Positions 35,772 to 44,275 of a stretch of 64,000 bases of DNA are shown here, one piece after another. The DNA is from Candidatus Poseidoniaceae archaeon. Its GTDB lineage: Archaea > Thermoplasmatota > Poseidoniia > Poseidoniales > Poseidoniaceae. Within the stretch, counting starts at the first letter, position 1. Each line of letters begins with the position of its first letter. The notes below the pieces were generated by a model. That model was given only the letters and a program-made list of their open reading frames with translations. It did not search any database and was not told the origin of the DNA. The stretch covers positions 4,358 through 68,357 of the forward strand of contig CASICQ010000006.1 of the NCBI GenBank assembly GCA_949373235.1, written 5' to 3'. Position numbers and translations under genes: made by a program.

Positions 35772-36591
35772 TCACCTCCAAAGCGGGTGTTGCTGGTGGT
35801 TTTGGTGTGAAAAAAGATCGCCACATGCCTGTGAATCGTCCTTCCTTCTCGTCATCTTCTTGCCGTTGCCTCGCGGTGTCTTTAGTGAGGGCGACGTATG
35901 CATCCTCTAAGGAAGTTGAATTGGTTGACTTGAGAAGTTCTTCGGGGGATCCATCAGCACGAACTTCACCGTTGTGGACGATGACGATGCGGTCGCAAAC
36001 TTGTTCGGCTTCTGCAAGTTGGTGTGTGGAATAAATCACCGTTCCGCCCTCGTTTTTCAACTGGTGGACCAACCTTCTCACGGTTCTTGCGCTCGTGATG
36101 TCTAACCCTGCAGTGGGTTCGTCAAGGAGAAGAATGGACGGACCGTGGGCCAAGGCTCTCAGTAAAGCAGTCTTCTGGCGCATACCACGGCTAAATCCCT
36201 TGGTGTGACGGCCCAGACTGTCCACCATGTCGAGGTGTTGTGCGAACTTGGCTGTACGGGCCCAAGCATCCTTGTCAGAAATGCCGTGCATTCTTGAGTG
36301 GTAACGTATATTTTCCCATGCAGTGAGTCTAGAGTAAAGGCCAGTGGACTCTGGCACCACGCCGAGGGCTTGTCGCATTTTTGTAACTGGATTGCCGTCT
36401 GCGAGCAACACTGTTCCAGAAGTTGGCGTATACACACCCGCCATAAGCCGGAGAAGGGTTGTTTTTCCAGCACCATTGCTGCCTACAAGGCCTACAACTT
36501 CACCCGCGTTGATATCGAGGTCAACCCTGTCAAGAGCTTGCAAATCACCGAAGGATTTCGACACACTGGTCAGCGTTAACAGCGGTTGCAT
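35758..36591 (-). CDS. ABC transporter ATP-binding protein
   Basis: Walker A GSNGAGKTTLL, signature LSGGMRQK-like (FSRGMRQKTAL), Walker B ILLLDEPTAGLD. ATG at 36591; the ORF extends to 36657. Confidence 0.8.
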   Translation of the reverse strand: MQPLLTLTSVSKSFGDLQALDRVDLDINAGEVVGLVGSNGAGKTTLLRLMAGVYTPTSGTVLLADGNPVTKMRQALGVVPESTGLYSRLTAWENIRYHSRMHGISDKDAWARTAKFAQHLDMVDSLGRHTKGFSRGMRQKTALLRALAHGPSILLLDEPTAGLDITSARTVRRLVHQLKNEGGTVIYSTHQLAEAEQVCDRIVIVHNGEVRADGSPEELLKSTNSTSLEDAYVALTKDTARQRQEDDEKEGRFTGMWRSFFTPKPPATPALEVNEDE

Positions 36592-36601
36592 GTTTTTCAC
36601 C

Positions 36602-36970
36602 TCACGATGCTCTACCAGATTCAACTGCTGAATCGAGGCCAGGATGTTTCTCCTCAAGATGGCACGCTCGAATCAGTTGCTGCTTCAGTTGTTCAAATAT
36701 TTCTTGTTGGGGGACGCCCATTTCTACGAGGTTTCCGATCATGTTGAACGCCCCTTGTATCGCACCTGCGTCGAGGTATGCATCGTTCGAAATAGCACCT
36801 GATTGGCGAAGAACATCAAGGCGGTCAGCGATGTACTGAGCCTCCTTGCGTACCCGAGGCCCATCAACGTGGGCTAAGGCGATGAATGTGTCAACACATG
36901 TGCGCATGATGGCATCTTTGATGCGCACGATTATGATGGTTACCCTTTGAGGTGATGGAATATCCTTCAA
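36602..36970 (-). CDS. hypothetical protein (122 aa) in the mutase/epimerase/ABC operon
   Basis: 4-nt overlap with mce. No family recognised. Confidence 0.3.
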   Translation of the reverse strand: MKDIPSPQRVTIIIVRIKDAIMRTCVDTFIALAHVDGPRVRKEAQYIADRLDVLRQSGAISNDAYLDAGAIQGAFNMIGNLVEMGVPQQEIFEQLKQQLIRACHLEEKHPGLDSAVESGRAS

Positions 36971-37407
36971 CGGGGCGATTCTGTCAATTCGACCAGAACG
37001 CCACCCGTCGATTTTGGATGTACAAAGGCAATTCGTTTTCCACCGGCACCCATTCTCGGTTTCTCATCGATCATGACGATACCGTTTTCCTTTAGGTGCT
37101 GAATGAGTCCAAGTAAATCACCAACTCGGAAGCAAATTTGCTGCACACCGGGCCCCCTCTTTGCGAGGAATCGCCCAATTGGGGTGTCCTCTGATGTTGG
37201 TTCTAGCAGTTCAACCATTGGTGGATGGGCACTGGATTTCGTAGGTTCATGCGAGGTTGAAAAAAAACGGGTGGTGACCCCTTGATCTTCGACCGTTTCG
37301 TCCTCAGCTGCTTGGGCAAGACCAAGCAGATTCCAAAAATCAGATGCACCATCCAATTCCGCTGTGGCTATTCCAATATGATCAATATAAATCGGTCCAA
37401 ATTTCAT
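36967..37407 (-). CDS. mce: methylmalonyl-CoA epimerase (VOC/glyoxalase family)
   Basis: MKFGPIYIDHIGIATAELD...HIAF.V.D, with a paired betaalphabetabetabeta module. 146 aa. Confidence 0.75.
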   Translation of the reverse strand: MKFGPIYIDHIGIATAELDGASDFWNLLGLAQAAEDETVEDQGVTTRFFSTSHEPTKSSAHPPMVELLEPTSEDTPIGRFLAKRGPGVQQICFRVGDLLGLIQHLKENGIVMIDEKPRMGAGGKRIAFVHPKSTGGVLVELTESPR

Positions 37408-37416
37408 AGCGTCACC

Positions 37417-39063
37417 TCAGAATCCACTCGGTGCCATCCACGTGCCAAACACATCTTTCATTGCTTGCATAATTTCTCCAAGCGTGCACCCTGCCTTCAC
37501 GGCTTCAATGACGAGCGGGAAGAGGTTTTTCTCACCTGCGGCAGCAGCGCGAATCTTGCCCAGGTGGCCTTCACAATCTTGTTCGTCTCGATTGCTTCGC
37601 AACGCATTCAGTTTTTTACACTGGGCTTCGCCAACCGTGGGATCGAGTTTCAACACTTCTGGCGTTGATGTTTCTTCCATGACACCATGGTTGACGCCTA
37701 CAATGAGGCGAGACCCAGCTTCGACATCATTGAGGTGCGCATAGGCTGCGTTGTGGATTTCACGTTGCTGCCAACCTTGCTCAATTGCTTTCATGGCACC
37801 TCCAAGGGACTCAATGGTCTTTATTTGGGCCAATGCTTCATCATGAATGCGCTTTGTCAATTGCTCGACGTGGTACGAGCCACCGAGTGGGTCCACAACA
37901 TCAGCAGCCCCACTTTCTTCAGCGATAATTTGTTGGGTTCGCAAGGCCACAGTTGCGGATTTTTCCGTAGGCAATCCGAGCGCCTCGTCGTATGAATTCG
38001 TGTGGAGGCTTTGGGTTCCACCACAGACTGCCGCCAAGGCTTGAATCGTTACCCTTGCCACGTTGTTGAGGGGCTGTTGGGCCGTGAGGCTCACCCCCGC
38101 GACCTGTGTGTGGAACCTCAACATAGCGGATTTAGGATTTTTCGGCTGGTACCGTTCGCTGATCAATTCATACCACAGCGTACGGGCTGCTCTAAACTTG
38201 GATGCTTCTTCAAAAAAGTCATTATGGCAATTGAAAAAGAACGAAAGTCTTGGCCCAAAAGTATCGATGTCCAGACCTGACTCAATAGCGGCATCCACAT
38301 ATTCCAAGGCATTGGCCAAGGTAAAGGCTACTTCCTGGACGGCTGTGGATCCGGCTTCACGAATATGGTATCCGGAAATTGAGATTGTATTCCAACGTGG
38401 AACTTCTGCCGCGCAGTATTCGAAGATATCCGTGATCAAACGCATGCTTTGTTTCGGAGGGAATACGTATGTGCCTCGTGCGATGTATTCCTTGAGAATA
38501 TCATTTTGAATGGTTCCAAGAACTTCACTTGAAGCAACCCCTTGTTCCTCCGCCACCGCGATGTACATGGCAAGCAGAACCATTGCTGGAGCGTTGATTG
38601 TCATCGAAGTACTCACTTTGTCCAGCGGAATGCCTTGGAGCAATTCCCTCATGTCGTCAAGTTGTGAAATCGAAACACCAACTTTCCCAACTTCCCCATA
38701 TGACATTTCGTCATCAGCATCTAAGCCAAGTTGTGTCGGTAAGTCAAACGCCACAGAGAGTCCTTTTTGCCCACGTTCAAGCAAGAGTTTGAACCGTTCG
38801 TTTGTGGCCGATGCACTCGAGAATCCCGCATATTGTCGCATGGTCCACAAACGAGACCGATACATTGTGGAGTGGATGCCACGCGTGTACGGCGGGCTTC
38901 CTGCTGATCCTAATTCGGTTTGTTCTGAACTTGCTTGACGAACCGTTTCGGGTGTGCTTTGAAGCGGTAAATCGAGCCCGCTTAGGGTGTTCCACTGCTC
39001 CTTGCGTTCAGTGACCATGCCTTGCCCAAGAGGACGGGCTTCATCAAGACTCGCTTGGTTCAA
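37417..39063 (-). CDS. mcmA1: methylmalonyl-CoA mutase, catalytic (large) subunit, without B12-binding domain
   Basis: 548 aa. PYTRGIHSTMYRSRLWTMRQYAGF, TGGNSYHIREAG and QQIIAEESG match the MCM TIM-barrel domain. No DxHxxG B12 domain is present, consistent with the archaeal split MCM. Confidence 0.85.
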   Translation of the reverse strand: MNQASLDEARPLGQGMVTERKEQWNTLSGLDLPLQSTPETVRQASSEQTELGSAGSPPYTRGIHSTMYRSRLWTMRQYAGFSSASATNERFKLLLERGQKGLSVAFDLPTQLGLDADDEMSYGEVGKVGVSISQLDDMRELLQGIPLDKVSTSMTINAPAMVLLAMYIAVAEEQGVASSEVLGTIQNDILKEYIARGTYVFPPKQSMRLITDIFEYCAAEVPRWNTISISGYHIREAGSTAVQEVAFTLANALEYVDAAIESGLDIDTFGPRLSFFFNCHNDFFEEASKFRAARTLWYELISERYQPKNPKSAMLRFHTQVAGVSLTAQQPLNNVARVTIQALAAVCGGTQSLHTNSYDEALGLPTEKSATVALRTQQIIAEESGAADVVDPLGGSYHVEQLTKRIHDEALAQIKTIESLGGAMKAIEQGWQQREIHNAAYAHLNDVEAGSRLIVGVNHGVMEETSTPEVLKLDPTVGEAQCKKLNALRSNRDEQDCEGHLGKIRAAAAGEKNLFPLVIEAVKAGCTLGEIMQAMKDVFGTWMAPSGF

Positions 39064-39566
39064 TGGTCGTGGTGACCGTCTGGACCATGTGCATGGCCAT
39101 GAGACAATTCCTCTTCTGATGCTTCACGGAGTTCCACAACCTCAACAGAGAATGTCAGCGACTGTCCAGCCAAAGCATGGTTGAAATCTGCCGTAACCGT
39201 CTCATCAGTAAGGCTGGTAATTGTGAACGGGGATGGCCCGTGTGGCATTTGAGCGACGAGCTGCATGCCAACTTCGAGGGTTGCTTCTTCTTCGAGTTGC
39301 TTGAATTGTTCCCGTGGAATCTCCATCACTGCCTCGTTGTCTCGGTCTCCATAAGCGCGGTCTGAGGTCAGGGTGAATTCCCTTCGCTCTCCAACTTTTG
39401 CTCCCATGATTTCTTCTTCAAAACCAGGGATCATTTGCTTATGTCCAACGAGGAATGACAAGGGGTCTCGTCCTTCGCTGCTGTCAAAGACTTCACCGTT
39501 CTCGGGGAGAGTTCCGGTATAATGTACGCTTGCTATCATGTTTTCATTGACTGTTAATTCTGCCAT
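39060..39566 (-). CDS. slyD: FKBP-type peptidyl-prolyl cis-trans isomerase (SlyD-like) with His-rich C-terminus
   Basis: VHYTGTLPENGEVFDSS...LSFLVGHKQMIPGFEE is the FKBP core with an insert-in-flap region. C-terminal HGHAHGPDGHHDH metal-binding tail. Confidence 0.8.
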   Translation of the reverse strand: MAELTVNENMIASVHYTGTLPENGEVFDSSEGRDPLSFLVGHKQMIPGFEEEIMGAKVGERREFTLTSDRAYGDRDNEAVMEIPREQFKQLEEEATLEVGMQLVAQMPHGPSPFTITSLTDETVTADFNHALAGQSLTFSVEVVELREASEEELSHGHAHGPDGHHDH

Positions 39567-39570
39567 ATCT

Positions 39571-40293
39571 TCACCTTCTTGTTGTCATTTTGTTGACCAG
39601 ATCACGAATTCGTTGAGCCACGTCTTCGGGAAGAATTTCTTCAAGGACCTTCTGGTCGATGAATTCCATTGAATCGGCCACACCCATTCGCTCGCCCTTC
39701 GCCCAAACTTGCCCTAGGATATTAGAACGGTGCTCTTCAGGGATGTTGGGGTTGTCCAAGATATCTTTTGCAGCATACTTGTACTCCAAGTACTTTTGAC
39801 GGTTCAGTTTTTTCTCTTGCTTTTGTCGGCCGCCACCTTTTTTGTCGTGACGTCGGCGTTTTCGTCGACGATCACTGGATGTTTTTACGACTGTTACGTC
39901 GACGTTTTTGAAGACGTTTTTAGCTGCGGATTCATCAACTTTAGAAGCCACAGGTGTTACCACTGCAGTTGCTGTGGTTGATTCGACGCTGACCAACACA
40001 GGTTCGGTAACCGTTACAGGTTCTGCTTCTACTGGTTCGACAACAGGTTCAGAGTTTGCCTTGACTTTTGCCTTGGCATTTTGGCGGGATATTTCTGATT
40101 TTCTGCGAAGTTCGGCCATGCGATCTTCGTGGGACACCTGTGGTTGAGCAGGGGCTTGTTGTGCCACGGAGTTTGTCATTGTGGGGGAGTTCTTCCCGGG
40201 AACTGGTGATGATTGTGGTGCTTTGGATGAACCGCCTGATTGACGCTTCATTCTCTCCATAGCTTGTTTCTGTTTTTTGGCCAATTCCGACAA
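39571..40293 (-). CDS. hypothetical protein with highly basic KRRR segment and conserved-looking C-terminal approximately 70-aa domain
   Basis: 240 aa. Low-complexity N-terminal half. RRRKRRRHDKKGGGRQKQEKK. C-terminal KYLEYKYAAKDILDNPNIPEEHRSNILGQVWAKGERMG... is unassigned. Confidence 0.35.
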   Translation of the reverse strand: MSELAKKQKQAMERMKRQSGGSSKAPQSSPVPGKNSPTMTNSVAQQAPAQPQVSHEDRMAELRRKSEISRQNAKAKVKANSEPVVEPVEAEPVTVTEPVLVSVESTTATAVVTPVASKVDESAAKNVFKNVDVTVVKTSSDRRRKRRRHDKKGGGRQKQEKKLNRQKYLEYKYAAKDILDNPNIPEEHRSNILGQVWAKGERMGVADSMEFIDQKVLEEILPEDVAQRIRDLVNKMTTRR

Positions 40294-40519
40294 TCCATCT
40301 GTGGTTTCGGCTTGGGGGGTTGCGGGTCGCGCAGGCGCTGCACGTCGTTCGCTGACCTTGCGATCGGTTTGCCGCTTATTGCGTTGAGCGGAGGCATTCG
40401 GTGCGAACGGATTGAAAGGTTCGTCCCGCTTTTTCCTTCCGCTGCGCTCGCTAATGTTGGTGGCCCCCGCTTTGTCCCACTTGTGACCGTATAAAAACCA
40501 TGAGTGTTGGTTAGGACCG

Positions 40520-41536
40520 TTAAACCGCCCATGTCACGGGTGTTTGGTCCGTTCGAAGGTACTGATCAACGGCGCTTTGCTCATAGGTTGTCGTTCGACC
40601 ATGATTCAATTCTATATGGCCCAAAAGTGCGATCATTGACCCGTTATCGATGCAAAACATGCGCGGCGGGGCGTGAGATGTTGCCCCTCGTTCTTCGGAC
40701 ATAAGCGTGCACATTTCTCGCAATCGATTGTTGCATGCAACGCCGCCACCAAGCAAAAGTTCGTTTTTACCGGTGTGGGCGAGCGCTCGCTCTGCGATTT
40801 CCACACACGCAGCAAAGGCATGTTCCTGCAGCGACCAGCACACAGCACCCAATTCAGCTCCATTGTCCAGAAGGCGCTGCGCTGCTGTCATCACGCCTGA
40901 GAACGCCAAGTCCATTCCTCGGACGGCAAAGGGCAACTCGAGGCCATCGAGGCTGGCACCGGTGTTTTCAGCGAGCCACTGCGATGCAAGTTTTTCGATT
41001 ACGGGTCCGCCGGGAAAAGGTATGCCTTGACCACGTGCAAACTTGTCCAACATGTTGCCAATGCCGATGTCGAGGGTTTCACCAAGGACCCGGTAACGAC
41101 CATCGAGGTGCGCTATGACCTGTGTATTTCCACCGGACACATACAGCAATATTGGATCCTGACAACCGCATTGCTGACGTCCAATTTCAATATGTGCGAC
41201 GCAATGGTTGACGCCGATCAGCGGGACTTCCAATCGACTGGAAAGCCCCCTTGCAATCGCTGCCCCTACTCGGAGGCAAGGGCCGAGTCCAGGGCCTTGA
41301 GAATACGCGACTGCTCCTATGTCTGAATGAATGAGCTGGTTCTGTTCGAGAAGTTGGTCGAACAACAGCGCTGCTGCATCTTTGTGGTGGTCGGCGGCTT
41401 GACGCGGATGAATCCCTCCTTCATCAGGGCGGACCGTTGAGGAACTTGCCGGCGTGGGAGTGCCCTTCGAATCCACCAAACCAAAGGACAAGGTGTGTGC
41501 TGTGGATTCAATGCCCAGTGTCCATGCCCCCGTCAT
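40520..41536 (-). CDS. kae1: tRNA N6-adenosine threonylcarbamoyltransferase Kae1 (KEOPS catalytic subunit; stand-alone, not Bud32-fused)
   Basis: LGIESTAHTLSFGLV, GIHPRQAADHH, LIGVNHCVAHIEIG (metal-binding HxxH) and LYVSGGNTQV match Kae1/TsaD. 338 aa. Confidence 0.85.
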   Translation of the reverse strand: MTGAWTLGIESTAHTLSFGLVDSKGTPTPASSSTVRPDEGGIHPRQAADHHKDAAALLFDQLLEQNQLIHSDIGAVAYSQGPGLGPCLRVGAAIARGLSSRLEVPLIGVNHCVAHIEIGRQQCGCQDPILLYVSGGNTQVIAHLDGRYRVLGETLDIGIGNMLDKFARGQGIPFPGGPVIEKLASQWLAENTGASLDGLELPFAVRGMDLAFSGVMTAAQRLLDNGAELGAVCWSLQEHAFAACVEIAERALAHTGKNELLLGGGVACNNRLREMCTLMSEERGATSHAPPRMFCIDNGSMIALLGHIELNHGRTTTYEQSAVDQYLRTDQTPVTWAV

Positions 41537-41587
41537 GGTTGGGACTAAGAGCCATTGTTCTTCAACCCTCAGCCCCAGCCCTCAACA

Positions 41588-42853
41588 ATGCGGACCGTCT
41601 TGCTTGACCTTGGCCCGTTGGCCCACCTCTCTGGTGATGGACCACTCTGTGGGTCTGACATGACCAACTATGAGTTATTGACAATGCCTGCTGGAAAAGG
41701 TATTGTTGTTATCGATGGCGTAATAGAATCTATTGAGGAATCATCGGAGCTCATGGAAGAATATGGAGGGGTTGAGGCTTCAACTGAACACGTCACTGTT
41801 GTTTCACTTGGCGGGGATGCGGTCGTTCCCGGGCTTGTGGATGGCCACAATCACCTGTTATGGGCGGGCGATCGTTCAAATGAAATTTCAATGAAGCAAA
41901 ATGGCATGTCGTACCAAGCCATTGCCGCAAACGGTGGAGGGATACAACACACCGTCCGTCAGACAGCATCCGCCTCGAGGGATGCTTTGGTCGAACTCGG
42001 TTATCAGCGCATGAGGGCTGCCCTGCTTAACGGAACAACACACATGGAAACCAAGAGCGGCTATGGACTCACGACAGAACGTGAGTTGCTGTTGCTCGAT
42101 GTAGCCGATCACCTCCAATCAATCAACCATCTGCCATCGATGGAACTCACTTGGTTAGGAGCCCATGACACGCCGATGAACCTCACACGTCCAGAATATG
42201 TGGAAGAGGTTCTAAGTCAACAATTGCCCGCAGTCTTGGACCAAGGGCTAGCCACTGCAGCGGATGTGTTCTGTGAACCTGGGTGGTTTACTGTCGAAGA
42301 AAGTGAAGACATTTTGCGTTCAGCAAAGTCTGGTGGCTTGCGCCAACGAATGCACATTGACGAATTTGTTGACGGCGGTGGAGGGGAACTTGCAGCCGAG
42401 TTAGGAGTGGTGACGGCCGATCACGCTCACCACACGTCGGTGGAAACGCGTATGAAAATGCAATCCGCTGGTGTGAACACTGGATTCCTTCCAGGCACGC
42501 CTTACACCATGGGTGAACCTTGGCCCTCATTCAATCAAGCCATCGAGGACAACTACTGCTGGTCGGTTGCCACAGATTTTAATCCAAATTGCAACATACT
42601 CAGTTTGCCATTCATTGGTTCCTTGTTGGTCCACCGGAACAAGGTGGATCCACTTGCAGCCCTTGTAGCATCAAGCCGCAACCCTTCCGAAACTTCACCT
42701 CACCCTGACGGGTTAGTTCACGGGCGAATTCAAGTGGGCGCCGCCGCCAACCTCAATGTCCTCAATGGCAACCAGTGGCAAAGCTGGTGCAACTCACCTG
42801 GTACCACACCGTTTAGAGCCACCATGCTAAATGGAAAACTCAACCATCACTGA
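41588..42853 (+). CDS. hutI: imidazolonepropionase
   Basis: PGLVDGHNHLLWAGDRSNE...YQAIAANGGGIQHTV...ETKSGYGL matches HutI motifs, amidohydrolase HxH. The ORF track opens at TTG 41555; the first ATG is 41588. Confidence 0.8.
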   Translation: MRTVLLDLGPLAHLSGDGPLCGSDMTNYELLTMPAGKGIVVIDGVIESIEESSELMEEYGGVEASTEHVTVVSLGGDAVVPGLVDGHNHLLWAGDRSNEISMKQNGMSYQAIAANGGGIQHTVRQTASASRDALVELGYQRMRAALLNGTTHMETKSGYGLTTERELLLLDVADHLQSINHLPSMELTWLGAHDTPMNLTRPEYVEEVLSQQLPAVLDQGLATAADVFCEPGWFTVEESEDILRSAKSGGLRQRMHIDEFVDGGGGELAAELGVVTADHAHHTSVETRMKMQSAGVNTGFLPGTPYTMGEPWPSFNQAIEDNYCWSVATDFNPNCNILSLPFIGSLLVHRNKVDPLAALVASSRNPSETSPHPDGLVHGRIQVGAAANLNVLNGNQWQSWCNSPGTTPFRATMLNGKLNHH

Positions 42854-42907
42854 TTATGCATTAATTGCCTATGAAACAAAAGATAAAGGATTTGGAGTTG
42901 CATTTTC

Positions 42908-43240
42908 ATGAGTCATAAAATCAAAAAGGTGTTCATTGAGACCGTCGTCTGTGGGGCAGCAAAAGGAAAGGGTGCTCGTTTTCTTCGAATGTTAGAAACG
43001 CGACAAGCATTCAAACGGCGCCAAGATGGGTGCCTTGCAGCTTGGGTCGCAAATTCGACGGATGGCACCGATATGGTTCTGGTTCAAACTGTCTTCAACG
43101 ATCGGCAAGCATGGAAGAAAATTTCTGATGAGGTTCTGAAGGTGTTGGATGCAAAAGATGGTGGCTTGGAATCCGTTGTTGCTGGCCCACCATTGATTGG
43201 CATGTTCGAAATTGATCCACGTCATCTGAAATTAGAGTGA
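42908..43240 (+). CDS. hypothetical protein, possible ABM (antibiotic-biosynthesis-monooxygenase-like) ferredoxin-fold domain
   Basis: 110 aa with an alpha+beta pattern. Weak call. Confidence 0.3.
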   Translation: MSHKIKKVFIETVVCGAAKGKGARFLRMLETRQAFKRRQDGCLAAWVANSTDGTDMVLVQTVFNDRQAWKKISDEVLKVLDAKDGGLESVVAGPPLIGMFEIDPRHLKLE

Positions 43241-43430
43241 CGTTTGGAAATACACTGTTTTCAACACCCCCTGCGCGTCGCATAATGTATGTTATACGAC
43301 ATTGGCCATGAATTGGGGTGAGGAACCTTCGTCACAGATTCTTGCACAGGCCCGCAGTAACCCGTTCAAGCGGGGTTCAGGGATTGATTCAATCAATGAA
43401 TCACCAATATTGCCCTTCGAGGAGGGGTTC

Positions 43431-43454
43431 AGAGGTCGAAAACCTCTATTTTTT
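43431..43454 (+). terminator. hairpin AGAGGT-cgaaa-ACCTCT followed by ATTTTTT
   Basis: Perfect 6-bp stem with a 5-nt loop, then a T6 run. Lies in noncoding DNA 190 nt downstream of the 42908..43240 gene. Confidence 0.35.
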
Positions 43455-43526
43455 GGCAATTCTAATATTCCTTCATTTAAAATCGAAGCATCTATCAATT
43501 GTACCTCCCACCAGAGCGTGAGTCAC

Positions 43527-43679
43527 ATGGCAGCTGTCGAAGGTTTTTGTTTGAAATGCAAAACGTATGGATCCATCAAAGATGGTCAATTGATCAAGAT
43601 GAAAAATGGCAGAACGCGCATGGCCGGCTATTGCTCCCAACCAGGCTGCACTGGAAAGATTTCCAAAATCGTAAGTTGA
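43527..43679 (+). CDS. small C4 zinc-ribbon protein (50 aa)
   Basis: MAAVEGFCLKCKTYGSIKDGQLIKMKNGRTRMAGYCSQPGCTGKISKIVS has CxxC...CxxxxC. The 75 codons upstream in ORF 43302..43679 are low-complexity and probably noncoding. A TATA-like CATTTAAAAT lies at 43472-43481. Confidence 0.35.
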   Translation: MAAVEGFCLKCKTYGSIKDGQLIKMKNGRTRMAGYCSQPGCTGKISKIVS

Positions 43680-43703
43680 ACCGATGCGTTTCAACCGATG
43701 CGA

Positions 43704-43710
43704 TTTAATA
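43704..43710 (+). promoter_or_regulatory. TATA-box-like element TTTAATA upstream of tRNA-Val
   Basis: Ends 27 nt upstream of the predicted tRNA 5' end, matching the archaeal TATA position (about -26). Confidence 0.4.
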
Positions 43711-43737
43711 CACCTGTTCACAGGACAAATTACCTAG

Positions 43738-43813
43738 GGGCTCGTGGTCTAGGGGTTATGACGTCGCCTTGACATGGCGAAGATCGAGAGTTCAATTCTC
43801 TCCGAGCCCACCA
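43738..43813 (+). tRNA. tRNA-Val (anticodon GAC), CCA encoded
   Basis: GGGCTCG/CGAGCCC 7-bp acceptor stem. D-loop AGGGGTTA. Anticodon stem TCGCC/GGCGA with loop TTGACAT (GAC). T-arm GAGAG-TTCAATT-CTCTC. Discriminator A, then CCA at 43811-43813. Confidence 0.85.
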
Positions 43814-43899
43814 GTTACTACTACAACACCATATGAATTATGGATTAAAGCATTCTGAGAGGCATTTGCAGTAGAGTTATACTCCAGTGACAAAGAGTA

Positions 43900-44271
43900 T
43901 TATTCAACGGAACTAAGGTCTTCAGGTTCGGGGAATTCAAGTTCATCCGGGTCCACGCGAGCGAGTGGAGGTTCGTCAACGTCTTCCATTGTGAAATCGG
44001 AAGAACCTCCGTCCCAATGCACAATCTCTTCTGTTTCTTCGAATGATTCTTCTGGTACAGCTTGGTCACCTGAGAGCGAATAAGCCGTTGGGTCAATTGG
44101 TGCGCGTTCGACTGGCGCAACTGTAGGGTTCGGATCTTTCCGTTCATCCATATGGATTCCAGCATGGAACGTCCCGCATTCAGCGCACCTCACGGTACCT
44201 TTTCGTTCTAAGCAGCCGCAACTTGGGCACGCTGCAAGACCCGCATATGCAGTCAGCGGGTCTGAACTCAT
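43900..44271 (-). CDS. zinc-ribbon protein with hyper-acidic C-terminal tail
   Basis: 123 aa. N-terminal CPSCGC...CAECG (C4). The tail is Asp/Glu/Pro-rich. Possibly a paralog of the N-terminus of the downstream EF-hand protein. Confidence 0.4.
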   Translation of the reverse strand: MSSDPLTAYAGLAACPSCGCLERKGTVRCAECGTFHAGIHMDERKDPNPTVAPVERAPIDPTAYSLSGDQAVPEESFEETEEIVHWDGGSSDFTMEDVDEPPLARVDPDELEFPEPEDLSSVE

Positions 44272-44275
44272 TCAA

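Noticed and set aside
43302-43526. N-terminal 75 codons of ORF 43302..43679
   Set aside because: The translation is low-complexity and the DNA contains a palindrome, direct repeats and a hairpin plus T-run. It is more likely regulatory or noncoding. Only the C-terminal zinc-ribbon part was retained.
43738-43813. tRNA gene as an integration hotspot / mobile element boundary
   Set aside because: Flanking genes are housekeeping (hutI, EF-hand protein, hut genes). No integrase, no direct repeat of the tRNA 3' end and no change in composition was seen.
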